64,000 nt of DNA from assembly GCA_037443725.1 (NCBI GenBank), contig JBBINU010000004.1, positions 111,451 through 175,450 of the forward strand. Direction: 5' to 3'. A program made the position numbers and the translations under genes. Source of the DNA: Actinomycetota bacterium (lineage in GTDB: Bacteria > Actinomycetota > JBBINU01). This document shows, in pieces, positions 39,748-48,621 of this stretch; position 1 is the first letter of the stretch, and every line of letters starts with the position of its first letter. Under the pieces are notes generated by a model that was not told the origin of the DNA, did no database searches, and worked only from the letters and a program-made list of their open reading frames with translations.

Positions 39748-40668
39748 CTACCTGGCCCTGGGATGTGCCTGAAAGTAAACCTCCCGGAGCCTCTCCTTGG
39801 AAACATGGGTATAGACCTGAGTCGTGTCAACCTCGGCGTGGCCCAGGAACTCCTGGAGGGTCCTGAGGTCCATCCCTCCCTCCAGCAGGTGCGTGGCCAC
39901 GCTGTGCCTAAGGGTGTGGGGGCTTGCAGCCACTCCTGCCCTCCGCGCCGCCCTCTCCATCACCCGCCGCACCCCCCTCGGGCTGAGAGGTAGTCCCCGC
40001 GGTCCGAGGAAGACCCTGCCGCCAGTGTAGCCAGCCCTGGCCGCGAGAAGCGGCCTGGCCGACTGCAGGTACTCCCTGAGCCTGTCAGCCGCTACATCCC
40101 CCATGGGGACGATCCTCTCCTTCCTGCCCTTGCCTTTCAGCCTCACAAGACCCCTTTCCAGGTCAAGATCGGCCAGGTCAAGCCCGGCAGCCTCCGAAAC
40201 CCTGGCCCCCGTGGAGTACAGGAATTCGAGGAGGGCCCTCTCCAGGAAGGCCAGGATCCCTCCTTCCCGGCCCGCTTCCTCAAGGAGCCTCTCCACGTCC
40301 GCCCTCGAGAGCACCCGGGGCAGGGCCCTGGAAATCCCACCAACCTTCAGGAAACGGGCTGGATCAGGCCCTAGCAGACGGCCCGTCTTCTCGAGATACG
40401 CATAGAAGGACCGGAGGGCCACTGCCTTCCTCGCCATGGAGGAGCGGGCGTAGCCCAGGGTGGCAAGCTGGGCCAGAAAGCGGCGAAGGGTGAGGGGGGT
40501 CGCCTCCTCCGGTTCGAGGCCGAGGCGCCTGAGGAACCCGAGCCACTGCTGGAGATCCCTGGCGTACGCCTCGCGGGTAAGCCTGGAAACCCTCCCCGAG
40601 AGGGCCTCGAGGAAGGAGGAGAGGCAGGAGCCACGGGCTTCCTCGGCTTCCCTCTCTAGCACAGGCAA
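39748..40668 (-). CDS. xerC: Tyrosine recombinase XerC/XerD (CodV-like)
   Basis: R..HxxR..Y catalytic residues (HTLRHSVATHLL, LGHAEVDTTQVYTHV). Confidence 0.85.
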   Translation of the reverse strand: MPVLEREAEEARGSCLSSFLEALSGRVSRLTREAYARDLQQWLGFLRRLGLEPEEATPLTLRRFLAQLATLGYARSSMARKAVALRSFYAYLEKTGRLLGPDPARFLKVGGISRALPRVLSRADVERLLEEAGREGGILAFLERALLEFLYSTGARVSEAAGLDLADLDLERGLVRLKGKGRKERIVPMGDVAADRLREYLQSARPLLAARAGYTGGRVFLGPRGLPLSPRGVRRVMERAARRAGVAASPHTLRHSVATHLLEGGMDLRTLQEFLGHAEVDTTQVYTHVSKERLREVYFQAHPRAR

Positions 40669-40714
40669 AACTTACCAGACCAGCCGCTCACACCCGGTCT
40701 TCTTGGGGAACCTC

Positions 40715-41962
40715 TCAGGCGGGTTCCGAGAAGACTTTTTCGACCAGTCCGTCCCCTCTCCTCCTCACCGCGCCCGCCACCTCCAGGGCGACCAGCGCGG
40801 CCAAGACCCGGGGTAGCTCCACACCCACCCTGGAGGCCAGGGCTTCCTGGGTGAGGGCCTCGTCCCCGAGGCAGGCGAGTAGCTTCTGGGCGACCCCTCT
40901 CAGGCTGTCCGGGAGGAGTGCACCGAAAGGGCCTGGCACCCGCGCGTCCAGCCCGGGCGCACCAGACGGAGGGAGGGCGCGCCGTCCAACGCCCGCCTCC
41001 TCTTCCAGAGCTTCCTCGGCCGGCGCTCCCTCCTCCCTCGCCAGCCACCTGGGACGGTGGCGAAGAATGTCCTCCACTCCCTCTACCAGGGCCGCACCCT
41101 CCCTTATGAGCTGGTGGCAGCCGCGGGACCACGGAGAGCGGACGCTCCCGGGAACAGCCATCACCTCCCTGCCCAGCTCTGCCCCGAGACGGGCCGTTAT
41201 GAGGGCGCCGCTCCTTTCTCCTGCCTCCACCACTACCACTCCCCACCCCATCCCCGCTATGAGCCGGTTCCGGACGGGAAAGCGCCACCGCTCCGGAGGC
41301 ACTCCGGGGGGCCACTCGCTGACCAAAGCGCCCCCCGACGACACAACCTCATCAAAGAGGACGGCGTGCTCAGGCGGGAAGGGCCTACCAGCCCCCGACG
41401 CCATCACGACCACGGTCACTCCCTCTACCTCGAGAACCCCCCTGTGGGCCGCCGCATCAATTCCCCTCGCCCCGCCGCTCACGACGGCCACTCCGGCCCG
41501 GGCAAGGCCGGCTGAGAGCCGCCTCGCCACCTCCTCGCCGTAGGCGGTGGCCCTCCGCGTTCCCACCACGGCCACGCAGTCCTCCAGGCCTTCGAGCGCC
41601 GCCCCCCCCTGGACGAAGAGGACCGCAGGAGGCCGCTCCGATCGTCGGAGCCATGGTGGGAACTCAGCTTCTCCTGGGAAAACGCATCGAACCCCAAGAG
41701 ACTCCATGGCTTCTGCCTCCTCCTCCCACGGGGGCAGGTGCCTTGCAGCGGCTGCAGCCTCGGGTGGGCCCGCGCCTCCCGCCTTCACCACCTGAAGGGC
41801 GGCCTCCGCGCTGCCGAAGGCTGCAACCAGAGCAGTGAGCCAGGCCGGGCCGATGCCGGGGAGCTTTAGAAGGAGAGAGGTGCAGGCCTCCTCCTTCCTC
41901 CTTTCGGCGCTTTCCCGCGGAGGTGGGGCCCACCCGGAGATCTCCGCCCCTCTCGGATCCAC
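40715..41962 (-). CDS. dprA: DNA processing protein DprA/Smf
   Basis: Rossmann-like DprA domain (VVGTRRATAYGEE ... SGGARGIDAAAH) followed by a C-terminal winged helix. Confidence 0.85.
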   Translation of the reverse strand: MDPRGAEISGWAPPPRESAERRKEEACTSLLLKLPGIGPAWLTALVAAFGSAEAALQVVKAGGAGPPEAAAAARHLPPWEEEAEAMESLGVRCVFPGEAEFPPWLRRSERPPAVLFVQGGAALEGLEDCVAVVGTRRATAYGEEVARRLSAGLARAGVAVVSGGARGIDAAAHRGVLEVEGVTVVVMASGAGRPFPPEHAVLFDEVVSSGGALVSEWPPGVPPERWRFPVRNRLIAGMGWGVVVVEAGERSGALITARLGAELGREVMAVPGSVRSPWSRGCHQLIREGAALVEGVEDILRHRPRWLAREEGAPAEEALEEEAGVGRRALPPSGAPGLDARVPGPFGALLPDSLRGVAQKLLACLGDEALTQEALASRVGVELPRVLAALVALEVAGAVRRRGDGLVEKVFSEPA

Positions 41963-41966
41963 CCCG

Positions 41967-43484
41967 CTACCCCACCACCCCGGGACGGTCCAGCACCCGG
42001 TACTCGAGGGCCTCCGCCAGGTGCTCCACCTCCACCCTCTCCCTCCCCGCCAGGTCTGCCAGAGTTCTCGCGACTCTCAGGACCTTATCCCTGGCTCTGG
42101 CCGAGAGCCCCAGGGCCACAATGGCGCGTGCCAGAAATACCCGGCCCTCCCGATCCAGTCCGCAAGCTTCCTCCAGCCCATCCGGAGGGATCTCGGAGTT
42201 CAGCCCAGGACCGCCCGTCCGGTCCTGCTGCATCCTCCGCGCCGAGAGGACTCTCTCCCTCACCTCCAGGCTCCCCTCGGCCGCGGGCCCTTGCAGCAGC
42301 TCCCCCTCGTCCAGATCTCCCACCCAGACCTGCACGTCTATTCGGTCGAGGAGGGGGCCGGAGAGCCGGCCCAGGTAGCTTCGGCGCCTCGCCGTCTCGC
42401 ACCGGCACGCCCGGCTGGACCCGAGCCTCCCGCACGGACAGGGGTTCGCTGCCGCCACCAGCGTGAACCTTGCAGGGAACCGCGCGGCCCCCCTGCTCCT
42501 CACCACCACCGCCACCCCCTCCTCCAGGGGCTGACGAAGGGCCTCCAGGGCCGACCTCGAGAACTCCGGAAGCTCGTCGAGGAAGAGTACCCCCCGGTGT
42601 GCGAGAGAGACCTCGCCGGGACGAGGCAGGCCTGTGCCGCCGCCGAGGAGCCCCGCCGCCGATATCGTGTGATGTGGAGCCCTGAAGGGGCGGGTCAAGG
42701 GAAGCCTGCCCTCGGCCACAAGCATCCCCGCGGCCGACCAGACGGCGGCCACCTCAAGGGCCTCCGCCTCAGCCAAGGGAGGGAGTATCCCCGGCATGCA
42801 CCTGGCCAGCATCGTCTTGCCAGTCCCGGGAGGCCCCACCAGGAGGAGGTTATGCCCACCGGCAGCGGCTACTTCAAGAGCCCTCTTGGCCCGGGCCTGC
42901 CCCTTGACCCAGCGGAGGTCGGGTCCGGGAGACTCAGCCTGGGCCTCGAGGGCTGACGCTACCTCCTCTCCTTCTCCCGTGGCCAGGGTGGCCAGGGAGG
43001 CGGCGAGGTCCCGCGCGGCAAGGACCCTCACTCCGGGGACAAGAGCAGCTTCAGCAGCGTTCTCCGCCGGCACGAGGGCAGCTCCCACACCCACCCGCCT
43101 GCAGGCCAGGAGCGCCGGAACCACTCCCCTCACGGGCCTCAGCCTTCCGTCCAGGCCGAGCTCCCCCAGAAGGCAGAACTCCTCCAACCTGCGCGCCGGA
43201 AGCTGACCATCGGCAGCAAGGACCGCGGCAGCAATGGCCAGATCGAACCCGGGGCCCGTTTTGGGCAGGGAGGCTGGGAGGAGACTCACTGTTATCTTCC
43301 TGTCTGGCCAGCGCTTCCCTGCGCTGACCACGGCCGCCCTCACCCTCTCCCTTGCCTCCCTCACGCTTGGGTCGGGCAGCCCGACTATGGTCGTACCGGG
43401 GAGACCCGGCCCGACGTGTGCTTCCACATCCACGGGGCGGGCCTCGGCGCCGAGGAGCGCCGCCGTCCTGGCCCGCGCCACCAT
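41967..43484 (-). CDS. comM: YifB/ComM-family Mg-chelatase-like AAA+ ATPase
   Basis: Lon-like N-domain and AAA+ motifs (LLLVGPPGTGKTM, and the sensor arginine). The ORF extends to 43667; ATG 43484 overlaps the yraN stop. Confidence 0.85.
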   Translation of the reverse strand: MVARARTAALLGAEARPVDVEAHVGPGLPGTTIVGLPDPSVREARERVRAAVVSAGKRWPDRKITVSLLPASLPKTGPGFDLAIAAAVLAADGQLPARRLEEFCLLGELGLDGRLRPVRGVVPALLACRRVGVGAALVPAENAAEAALVPGVRVLAARDLAASLATLATGEGEEVASALEAQAESPGPDLRWVKGQARAKRALEVAAAGGHNLLLVGPPGTGKTMLARCMPGILPPLAEAEALEVAAVWSAAGMLVAEGRLPLTRPFRAPHHTISAAGLLGGGTGLPRPGEVSLAHRGVLFLDELPEFSRSALEALRQPLEEGVAVVVRSRGAARFPARFTLVAAANPCPCGRLGSSRACRCETARRRSYLGRLSGPLLDRIDVQVWVGDLDEGELLQGPAAEGSLEVRERVLSARRMQQDRTGGPGLNSEIPPDGLEEACGLDREGRVFLARAIVALGLSARARDKVLRVARTLADLAGRERVEVEHLAEALEYRVLDRPGVVG

Positions 43485-43873
43485 TAGAAGGCTCCCTCCA
43501 GGTGTTCCACGCTCTGGACCTCTCCGCTGCGCGCGAGGCGGACGGAGACAACGTCGAAGCGGATCCTGCCCCTCCCCCGCCTGGAATTGGCCAGGAACTC
43601 CGCGGCAGCCCTCTTTATCCTTGCCCGCTTCAGGGGGGTCACCGCCTCCGCAGGCTGCCCCGCCCACTCCCCAGACCTCGCCTTCACCTCGAAAAAGACG
43701 AGGTAGCCGCCGCCCTCGGCGACGATGTCCAGCTCACCCCAGGGGGTCCTGTAGTTCCGTGCTATGACGCGGTACCCCCTCCCCGAGAGGTACTTTGCGA
43801 CCGCCTCCTCCGCCGCCCTCCCCCGGTACGTCCCGACTTTTCCTCCTCCCCGGCCCCGCATATCGGCACCCAA
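43484..43873 (-). CDS. yraN: YraN/UPF0102-family endonuclease
   Basis: GELDIVAEGGGYLVFFEVKAR PD-(D/E)xK-like core in a 129 aa protein. Confidence 0.75.
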   Translation of the reverse strand: MGADMRGRGGGKVGTYRGRAAEEAVAKYLSGRGYRVIARNYRTPWGELDIVAEGGGYLVFFEVKARSGEWAGQPAEAVTPLKRARIKRAAAEFLANSRRGRGRIRFDVVSVRLARSGEVQSVEHLEGAF

Positions 43874-44015
43874 CCCACACCTCCTCTTGGGGCCCAGGGG
43901 ATGCTAACGCAGACGAGGGACACAAGAAGCGATCACAGCCAAAACGAGCCTTCGGGTCTTAAGCAGGCATCGGGGCGAAGAACGAAAGCCCTAGAGCTTT
44001 CCCCCGATGCGAACC

Positions 44016-44426
44016 TCAATCCCGGGACCGGACCGCGGCCACCGCCAAGAAAAAGGCCTCCCCAAGAGCTCTGGCCACCCTCCTCGCCTGCTCCTGGCCC
44101 CTGAGACCGGCCAGGTTGGAGAGGAGCGGGACGGAGACATACTCCCCGAGCCCCTCCAGGCGGTGTGTGTAAGCCCGGCGCCGTCTCCCCCTTACTTCCA
44201 CCTCATGGGGGAAACGGGCATCGGGAGGAAAGGCCAGCCCGTTCAGGGTCCAGGGTGTTAGCAGGATGAGGCAGGGCGTGTCCACCACCATCCTCGCCTC
44301 CACGACCTCCACCTGCAGCCGAGGGTTGGCCGCCGGGTCTCCGAGGAAGGATCTCCTGTGAACCTCCCTGAAGATGGAAGTCACCCTGCTCGTAAGCTCC
44401 TCGATCTCCGAACCCGCCGTCTCCAC
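44016..44426 (-). CDS. HybE-family [NiFe]-hydrogenase assembly chaperone-like protein
   Basis: FREVHRRSF ... CLILLTPWTLNGLAFPPDARFP ... YVSVPLLSNL aligns by eye to E. coli HybE (ARRSMHDLSF ... CVITPWMLSAVIFPGPDQLWP ... YLSCSLMSPL). Confidence 0.5.
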   Translation of the reverse strand: METAGSEIEELTSRVTSIFREVHRRSFLGDPAANPRLQVEVVEARMVVDTPCLILLTPWTLNGLAFPPDARFPHEVEVRGRRRRAYTHRLEGLGEYVSVPLLSNLAGLRGQEQARRVARALGEAFFLAVAAVRSRD

Positions 44427-44692
44427 TGCCTACACCCCTTCCCGCCCGCGCCACCGCCGAGCATTCCCTCAAGGGCCCCGGCGGGGCGGAGGGCCGGATA
44501 GGCCATGCGCCTGCCGCTCAGGCGGTACGGGTTGACCACGCGGTCTGCGCCGGCCCCCTCACCCTCCGGACCGAGGGGCCTCACCTCGCCGAAGCCCAGC
44601 GTCGTCACGGCTCCCCTGAGAACCCCGAGACCCTGCCTCATCCCCTCTCCTCGAAGGGGGCTACCTGAGTTCTCCGGTAGACTACCGTTCCG

Positions 44693-44710
44693 GATGCCCC
44701 CGGGGGTATC
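44693..44710. promoter_or_regulatory. Near-perfect 18-bp palindrome GATGCCCCCGGGGGTATC in the divergent HybE-like / CoADR control region
   Basis: Seen directly in the sequence. An adjacent GGTAGACTACC short palindrome lies at 44676-44686. Confidence 0.35.
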
Positions 44711-44722
44711 CGAGTCGCGAGT

Positions 44723-44779
44723 GCGTGGGCCTCCTGGGGCGAAGGGGCTAGAAAGCGTGGGCCTCCCGGGGCCAACGGG
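44723..44779. repeat. Two 25-bp direct repeats (GCGTGGGCCTCCYGGGGCSAASGGG) spaced 32 bp apart, immediately upstream of the CoADR start
   Basis: 21 of 25 positions are identical between 44723-44747 and 44755-44779. Confidence 0.4.
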
Positions 44780-44795
44780 AAGGAAGGGTGGGGAG

Positions 44796-46154
44796 ATGGC
44801 TCGGCTAGTGGTGATAGGTGGCGATGCTGCGGGGATGAGCGCTGCATCCCAGGCCAAGAGGCTTAAGCCCTCCCTCGAGGTGGTAGTCCTGGAAAAAGGG
44901 GAGTTCATCTCGTATGCGGCGTGCGGCATCCCGTATTTTCTCGGCGGGGTTGTCTCCGGCCACCAGGCTCTCCTGCACTATCCTCCCTCCTTTTTCGAGG
45001 AGAAGAGAGGCATCCACATTCTCCTCAGCCACGAGGCAAAGGCCATTGACCTGGAGAGGAGGGAAGTGGAGGTCGCGAGCCCCGGGGGCACCCTCCATCT
45101 AGCCTTCGACTACCTAATGATCGCCACCGGCGCCAAGCCGGTCGTCCCTCCCCTGCCGGGGGTGGAGAGCCCTGGGGTATTTGCCCTCCGGGGGGTTGAT
45201 AGCGCCATAGCCCTAAAGGAGTTCCTCGAGGCGGAGAGGCCCGCCAGAGCTGTAGTGGTAGGCGGGTCATACATAGGCCTCGAGATGGCTGAGGCCCTCC
45301 GCGGCCTCGGATTAGACGTGGCCCTGGTGGAGATGCTCCCTCACGTCATGCCCAGCCTCGACCAGGATATGGCGGTCCTCGTGGAGGAGGAGCTCCTCCA
45401 CCACGGCGTCGAGCTGCACCTCGAAGAGAGATTGGAAGGGATCGAGGCGGACGGGCGACTCCGGGCGGTGGTGACCAGCGCGGGCAAGATCCCTGCGGAC
45501 CTCGTGGTCCTCGGGGTCGGGGTGAGACCGGAATCGACCCTGGCGAGGGAGGCAGGGATAGAGCTGGGCGCGGCGGGGGCCGTGGCCGTGGATGCCAGGA
45601 GCCGCACCTCAGCCGAGGGGGTCTTCGCCGGCGGCGACTGCGCCCACGCCCACCACCTCCTGCTCGGGGAACCCGCTTGGGTTCCCTTGGGAACCACCGC
45701 GAACAAGCAGGGAAGGGTGGCTGGAAGCAACATTGCCGGAAGGGGTGAGGTCTTCCCGGGCATTCTTGGGACCGCGGTGGTCAAGGTGTTCAACCTCGAT
45801 GTGGCCAGGACGGGTTTGAGTGAGCGAGAGGCGAGGGAGAGGGGCATTGAAGCGGTGAGCCTCGTCGATGAGGGGAGGTCCAGGGCGCGCTACTACCCCG
45901 GGGGCGGGCGGCTCGTCACCAAGGTGGTTGCCGAGAAGGGAACGGGCAAACTCTTGGGCGCCCAGCTGGTCGGCGCCGAGGCCGCCAAGAGGATAGACAT
46001 CTTCGCCACCGCCCTCCACGCCGGCATGGACCTCGACCAGTTCGCCTGGCTCGACCTGGCCTACGCTCCCCCGTACTCCCCCGTCTGGGACCCCGTCCTC
46101 GTTGCCGCAGGGAAGCTGAGGGAGGCCATGGCGCGGGAGGCCGGCAAGGGATAA
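44796..46154 (+). CDS. Single-cysteine pyridine nucleotide-disulfide oxidoreductase of the CoADR/Nox/Npx family
   Basis: FAD GxGxxG motif VVIGGDAAGMSAA, active-site ISYAACGIPY, a second NAD(P) Rossmann motif VVVGGSYIGLE, and a dimerisation domain. ATG 44796 is preceded by AGGAAGGGTGGGGAG. The ORF tool extends the frame to 44505. Confidence 0.8.
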   Translation: MARLVVIGGDAAGMSAASQAKRLKPSLEVVVLEKGEFISYAACGIPYFLGGVVSGHQALLHYPPSFFEEKRGIHILLSHEAKAIDLERREVEVASPGGTLHLAFDYLMIATGAKPVVPPLPGVESPGVFALRGVDSAIALKEFLEAERPARAVVVGGSYIGLEMAEALRGLGLDVALVEMLPHVMPSLDQDMAVLVEEELLHHGVELHLEERLEGIEADGRLRAVVTSAGKIPADLVVLGVGVRPESTLAREAGIELGAAGAVAVDARSRTSAEGVFAGGDCAHAHHLLLGEPAWVPLGTTANKQGRVAGSNIAGRGEVFPGILGTAVVKVFNLDVARTGLSEREARERGIEAVSLVDEGRSRARYYPGGGRLVTKVVAEKGTGKLLGAQLVGAEAAKRIDIFATALHAGMDLDQFAWLDLAYAPPYSPVWDPVLVAAGKLREAMAREAGKG

Positions 46155-46163
46155 GGAGGTAGC

Positions 46164-46868
46164 ATGGCTCTGTTAAGCGAGAAGGACCGGACGTTCCTTG
46201 AGGAGAAGTACGCCAGGGAGCTGGAGGGAGAGGTGAAGATCGTGGTCTTCACCCAGAAAGAGACACCCCTCGCGGTCCCCGGCCTGGAGTGCACCTACTG
46301 CAAGGAGACGAGGGAGCTAGCGGAGGAGCTCGCCGCCACCTCCCCGAAGATCTCCCTGGAAGTCCATGACTTCCACGCCGAGCCGGAGGTGGCCCAGAAG
46401 TACAGGGTAGACCGCATCCCCGCCCTGGCCCTCCTCGGCCCCGACGGCTGGGACCCTGGGGTGCGTTTCTTCGGCATCCCCGCGGGGTACGAGTTCGCGA
46501 CCGTCGTGACCGACCTGGTCTTCCTATCCAGGATGAGGACGGACCTCTCTCCCTCCACCGTGGAGGCCCTCAAGAACCTCGAGTCCCCCGCCCACATCAT
46601 GGTGTTCGTCACCCCCACCTGTCCCTACTGTCCACGGGCAGCCTCCCTCGCCCACCAGATGGCCATGGCGAGCGACCTGGTGACGGCAGAAGCCATAGAG
46701 GCCACTGAGTTCCCCCACCTGGCGAATAGGTACAACGTGTACGGTGTGCCGAAAGTGGTCATCAACGACAGGGTGGAGTTCGAAGGCGCCCTCCCCGAGG
46801 AGGCCTTCCTGGACTTCGTCATTCACGCCGCTAGAAGCAGCGGGCCCGACCTCCACGGGCACTCCTGA
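46164..46868 (+). CDS. Two-domain glutaredoxin-like protein disulfide oxidoreductase (PDO-like; CTYC and CPYC)
   Basis: Two thioredoxin-fold units with CxxC motifs (CTYCKE and CPYCPR). It lies 10 bp downstream of the CoADR gene. Confidence 0.7.
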   Translation: MALLSEKDRTFLEEKYARELEGEVKIVVFTQKETPLAVPGLECTYCKETRELAEELAATSPKISLEVHDFHAEPEVAQKYRVDRIPALALLGPDGWDPGVRFFGIPAGYEFATVVTDLVFLSRMRTDLSPSTVEALKNLESPAHIMVFVTPTCPYCPRAASLAHQMAMASDLVTAEAIEATEFPHLANRYNVYGVPKVVINDRVEFEGALPEEAFLDFVIHAARSSGPDLHGHS

Positions 46869-46928
46869 TGGGTCGAGGCACCTCCCCCTTAGCAGGAAGC
46901 CTGGGGCCAGATCCGCTCGTAACCTCCC

Positions 46929-47717
46929 CTACTCACCAGGGGCGAAGATGTAGCCGAGCCCGCGGACGGTACGGATGAGCCGGGGCTGCCCCGGGTCCTT
47001 CTCCAGCTTGGCCCGGAGCCTGCCCACGTGAACATCGAGGGTCTTCGTCTCCCCCGGATAGCCCCAGACCGTCTCTATCAGAAAGCGGCGGGTGAGGAGC
47101 TCGCCACGCCGCCGCATCATCACCTCCAAGAGCTCGAACTCCTTGGGGGTGAGTTCCACCTTCCTCCCCTCCACTTTTACCTCGTGCCTGGTGGGGTCCA
47201 GCTCCACACCGCCCGCCCGGAGGACCTGATCCTGTCTGGAACCGCCAGAACGCCGAAGGGCGGCTCTCACCCGCGCCACCAGCTCCCTCAAGCCGAAGGG
47301 CTTAGTCAGGTAGTCGTCGGCGCCCACCTCGAGGAGGGCAACCTTGTCCGCCTCGGCGCCCTTGGCCGAGATGACGAGGATGGGGACGGAGGAGTCCCTC
47401 CTCAGGGCCCGGCACACTTCGATCCCGGGGATCCCGGGAAGTAGCAGGTCGAGGAGGACGAGGTCCGGCCGGACCTCCCGAGCCATCTCCAGGCCCCGCC
47501 TGCCGTCCGTGGCTAGGTGTACCTCGAACCCCTCTGTCTCCAGGGCGTAGGCAAGGGGAGCAGCTATCGCCTCGTCATCCTCGATGAGGAGGATCCTAGG
47601 CCCCTCCACCGCCTCCCGTCCCCTCCCCCTCTCTCCCCTCGGGCCGAGCGGCGGGCAGGTGGATGGCGAAGACGGACCCCTCTCCCACCCTGCTTTCCAC
47701 CGAGACCCTCCCTCCAT
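46929..47717 (-). CDS. phoB: OmpR/PhoB-family response regulator (PhoB/PhoP-like)
   Basis: Receiver (LLIEDDE ... DLVLLDLLLP ... KP) plus a winged-helix output domain. The ORF N-terminus overlaps phoR, so the start is probably near 47609. Confidence 0.8.
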   Translation of the reverse strand: MEGGSRWKAGWERGPSSPSTCPPLGPRGERGRGREAVEGPRILLIEDDEAIAAPLAYALETEGFEVHLATDGRRGLEMAREVRPDLVLLDLLLPGIPGIEVCRALRRDSSVPILVISAKGAEADKVALLEVGADDYLTKPFGLRELVARVRAALRRSGGSRQDQVLRAGGVELDPTRHEVKVEGRKVELTPKEFELLEVMMRRRGELLTRRFLIETVWGYPGETKTLDVHVGRLRAKLEKDPGQPRLIRTVRGLGYIFAPGE

Positions 47718-48618
47718 GCCCCTCGGCCACCCGCTTCACGATGGCCAGTCCCAGGCCTGTCCCCCCTTTCGACCTGCTGGGGTCGAGCCGGTAAAAGGGC
47801 TCGAAGATCCGACCGATCTCGTCCCGCGGTATGCCGGGCCCCTCGTCCCTCACGGCGAAAAAGTCCCACGACCCTGAGGATCCGGCATCCAGCCAGACCC
47901 TGGACCCCGGCCCGGAGTACCTGGCCGCATTATCCAGAAGGTTGGCGAGGGCGGATACCAGGCCCTCCCTCTCCCCCCAGACCTCCCCTGCACCCACCCG
48001 CACCTCGAGCCTGACGCTTCTCTCAGCCAGAAGGGAGGAGACCCTTTCCACCGCCTCCCTCACCACTTCATGCCTGGGCAGCAGCCTTTTCCGGAACCCC
48101 GCCTTCTCCACCCTGGCCAGATCCAGCAAGTCCTCCACCAGGGCCTTGAGCCGCCTGGCCTCTCCGAGGAGCCTGGAGGCAAACTCCCGGGCCCTGGGAT
48201 CCCTCGCCGCCAGCGCCTCCACGAGCGCTTCCGCCAGGAGCAGCAGCCCAGTGACGGGGGTCTTGAGCTCGTGGGAGACGCTGGCCACCAGGTCCGACCC
48301 TAGGGAGGAAAGACGCGCTTCGTGGCTGACATCCCGTACAAGAAGAACCACCTCGCCCCCTCGGCGCACGGCTTTGTACTTAACCTGCCTGCGGCCGGGC
48401 AGGTAGACGCTGGCCACCCCCTCGGAAAAGCCCTCCGCCAGCGCCCTCTCCACGGCGCCCTGCAGCTCGGGCGAGACTAGCCGTCCACCTTTTACCTGAA
48501 CGATGGCAAGGGCCGGCCCACTGGCCTCAAGAACCCTTCCCACAGCATCCAGTAGGACCACCCCTTCTTCAAGGTGGTCCAGGAGGAACTCGAGGAGCTC
48601 TTTTCTCTCCGCCTCCAC
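47596..48618 (-). CDS. phoR: Sensor histidine kinase (PAS-HisKA-HATPase, PhoR-like, no TM segment)
   Basis: H-box SHELKTPV, and N, G1 and G2 boxes (GTGLGLAIVKR). It lies downstream of phoU. Confidence 0.8.
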   Translation of the reverse strand: MEAERKELLEFLLDHLEEGVVLLDAVGRVLEASGPALAIVQVKGGRLVSPELQGAVERALAEGFSEGVASVYLPGRRQVKYKAVRRGGEVVLLVRDVSHEARLSSLGSDLVASVSHELKTPVTGLLLLAEALVEALAARDPRAREFASRLLGEARRLKALVEDLLDLARVEKAGFRKRLLPRHEVVREAVERVSSLLAERSVRLEVRVGAGEVWGEREGLVSALANLLDNAARYSGPGSRVWLDAGSSGSWDFFAVRDEGPGIPRDEIGRIFEPFYRLDPSRSKGGTGLGLAIVKRVAEGHGGRVSVESRVGEGSVFAIHLPAARPEGREGEGTGGGGGA

Positions 48619-48621
48619 GGG

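Noticed and set aside
39748-40668. Tyrosine recombinase as a possible phage or mobile-element integrase
   Set aside because: It sits in the conserved dprA-(topA)-xerC chromosomal context, with no flanking phage genes, att-like repeats or tRNA target. It is interpreted as chromosomal XerC/CodV.
44381-44929. 182-aa minus-strand ORF spanning the HybE-like/CoADR intergenic region
   Set aside because: Low-complexity composition. It overlaps the well-supported CoADR start and RBS and would run through the palindrome and repeat region. It is more likely non-coding regulatory DNA.
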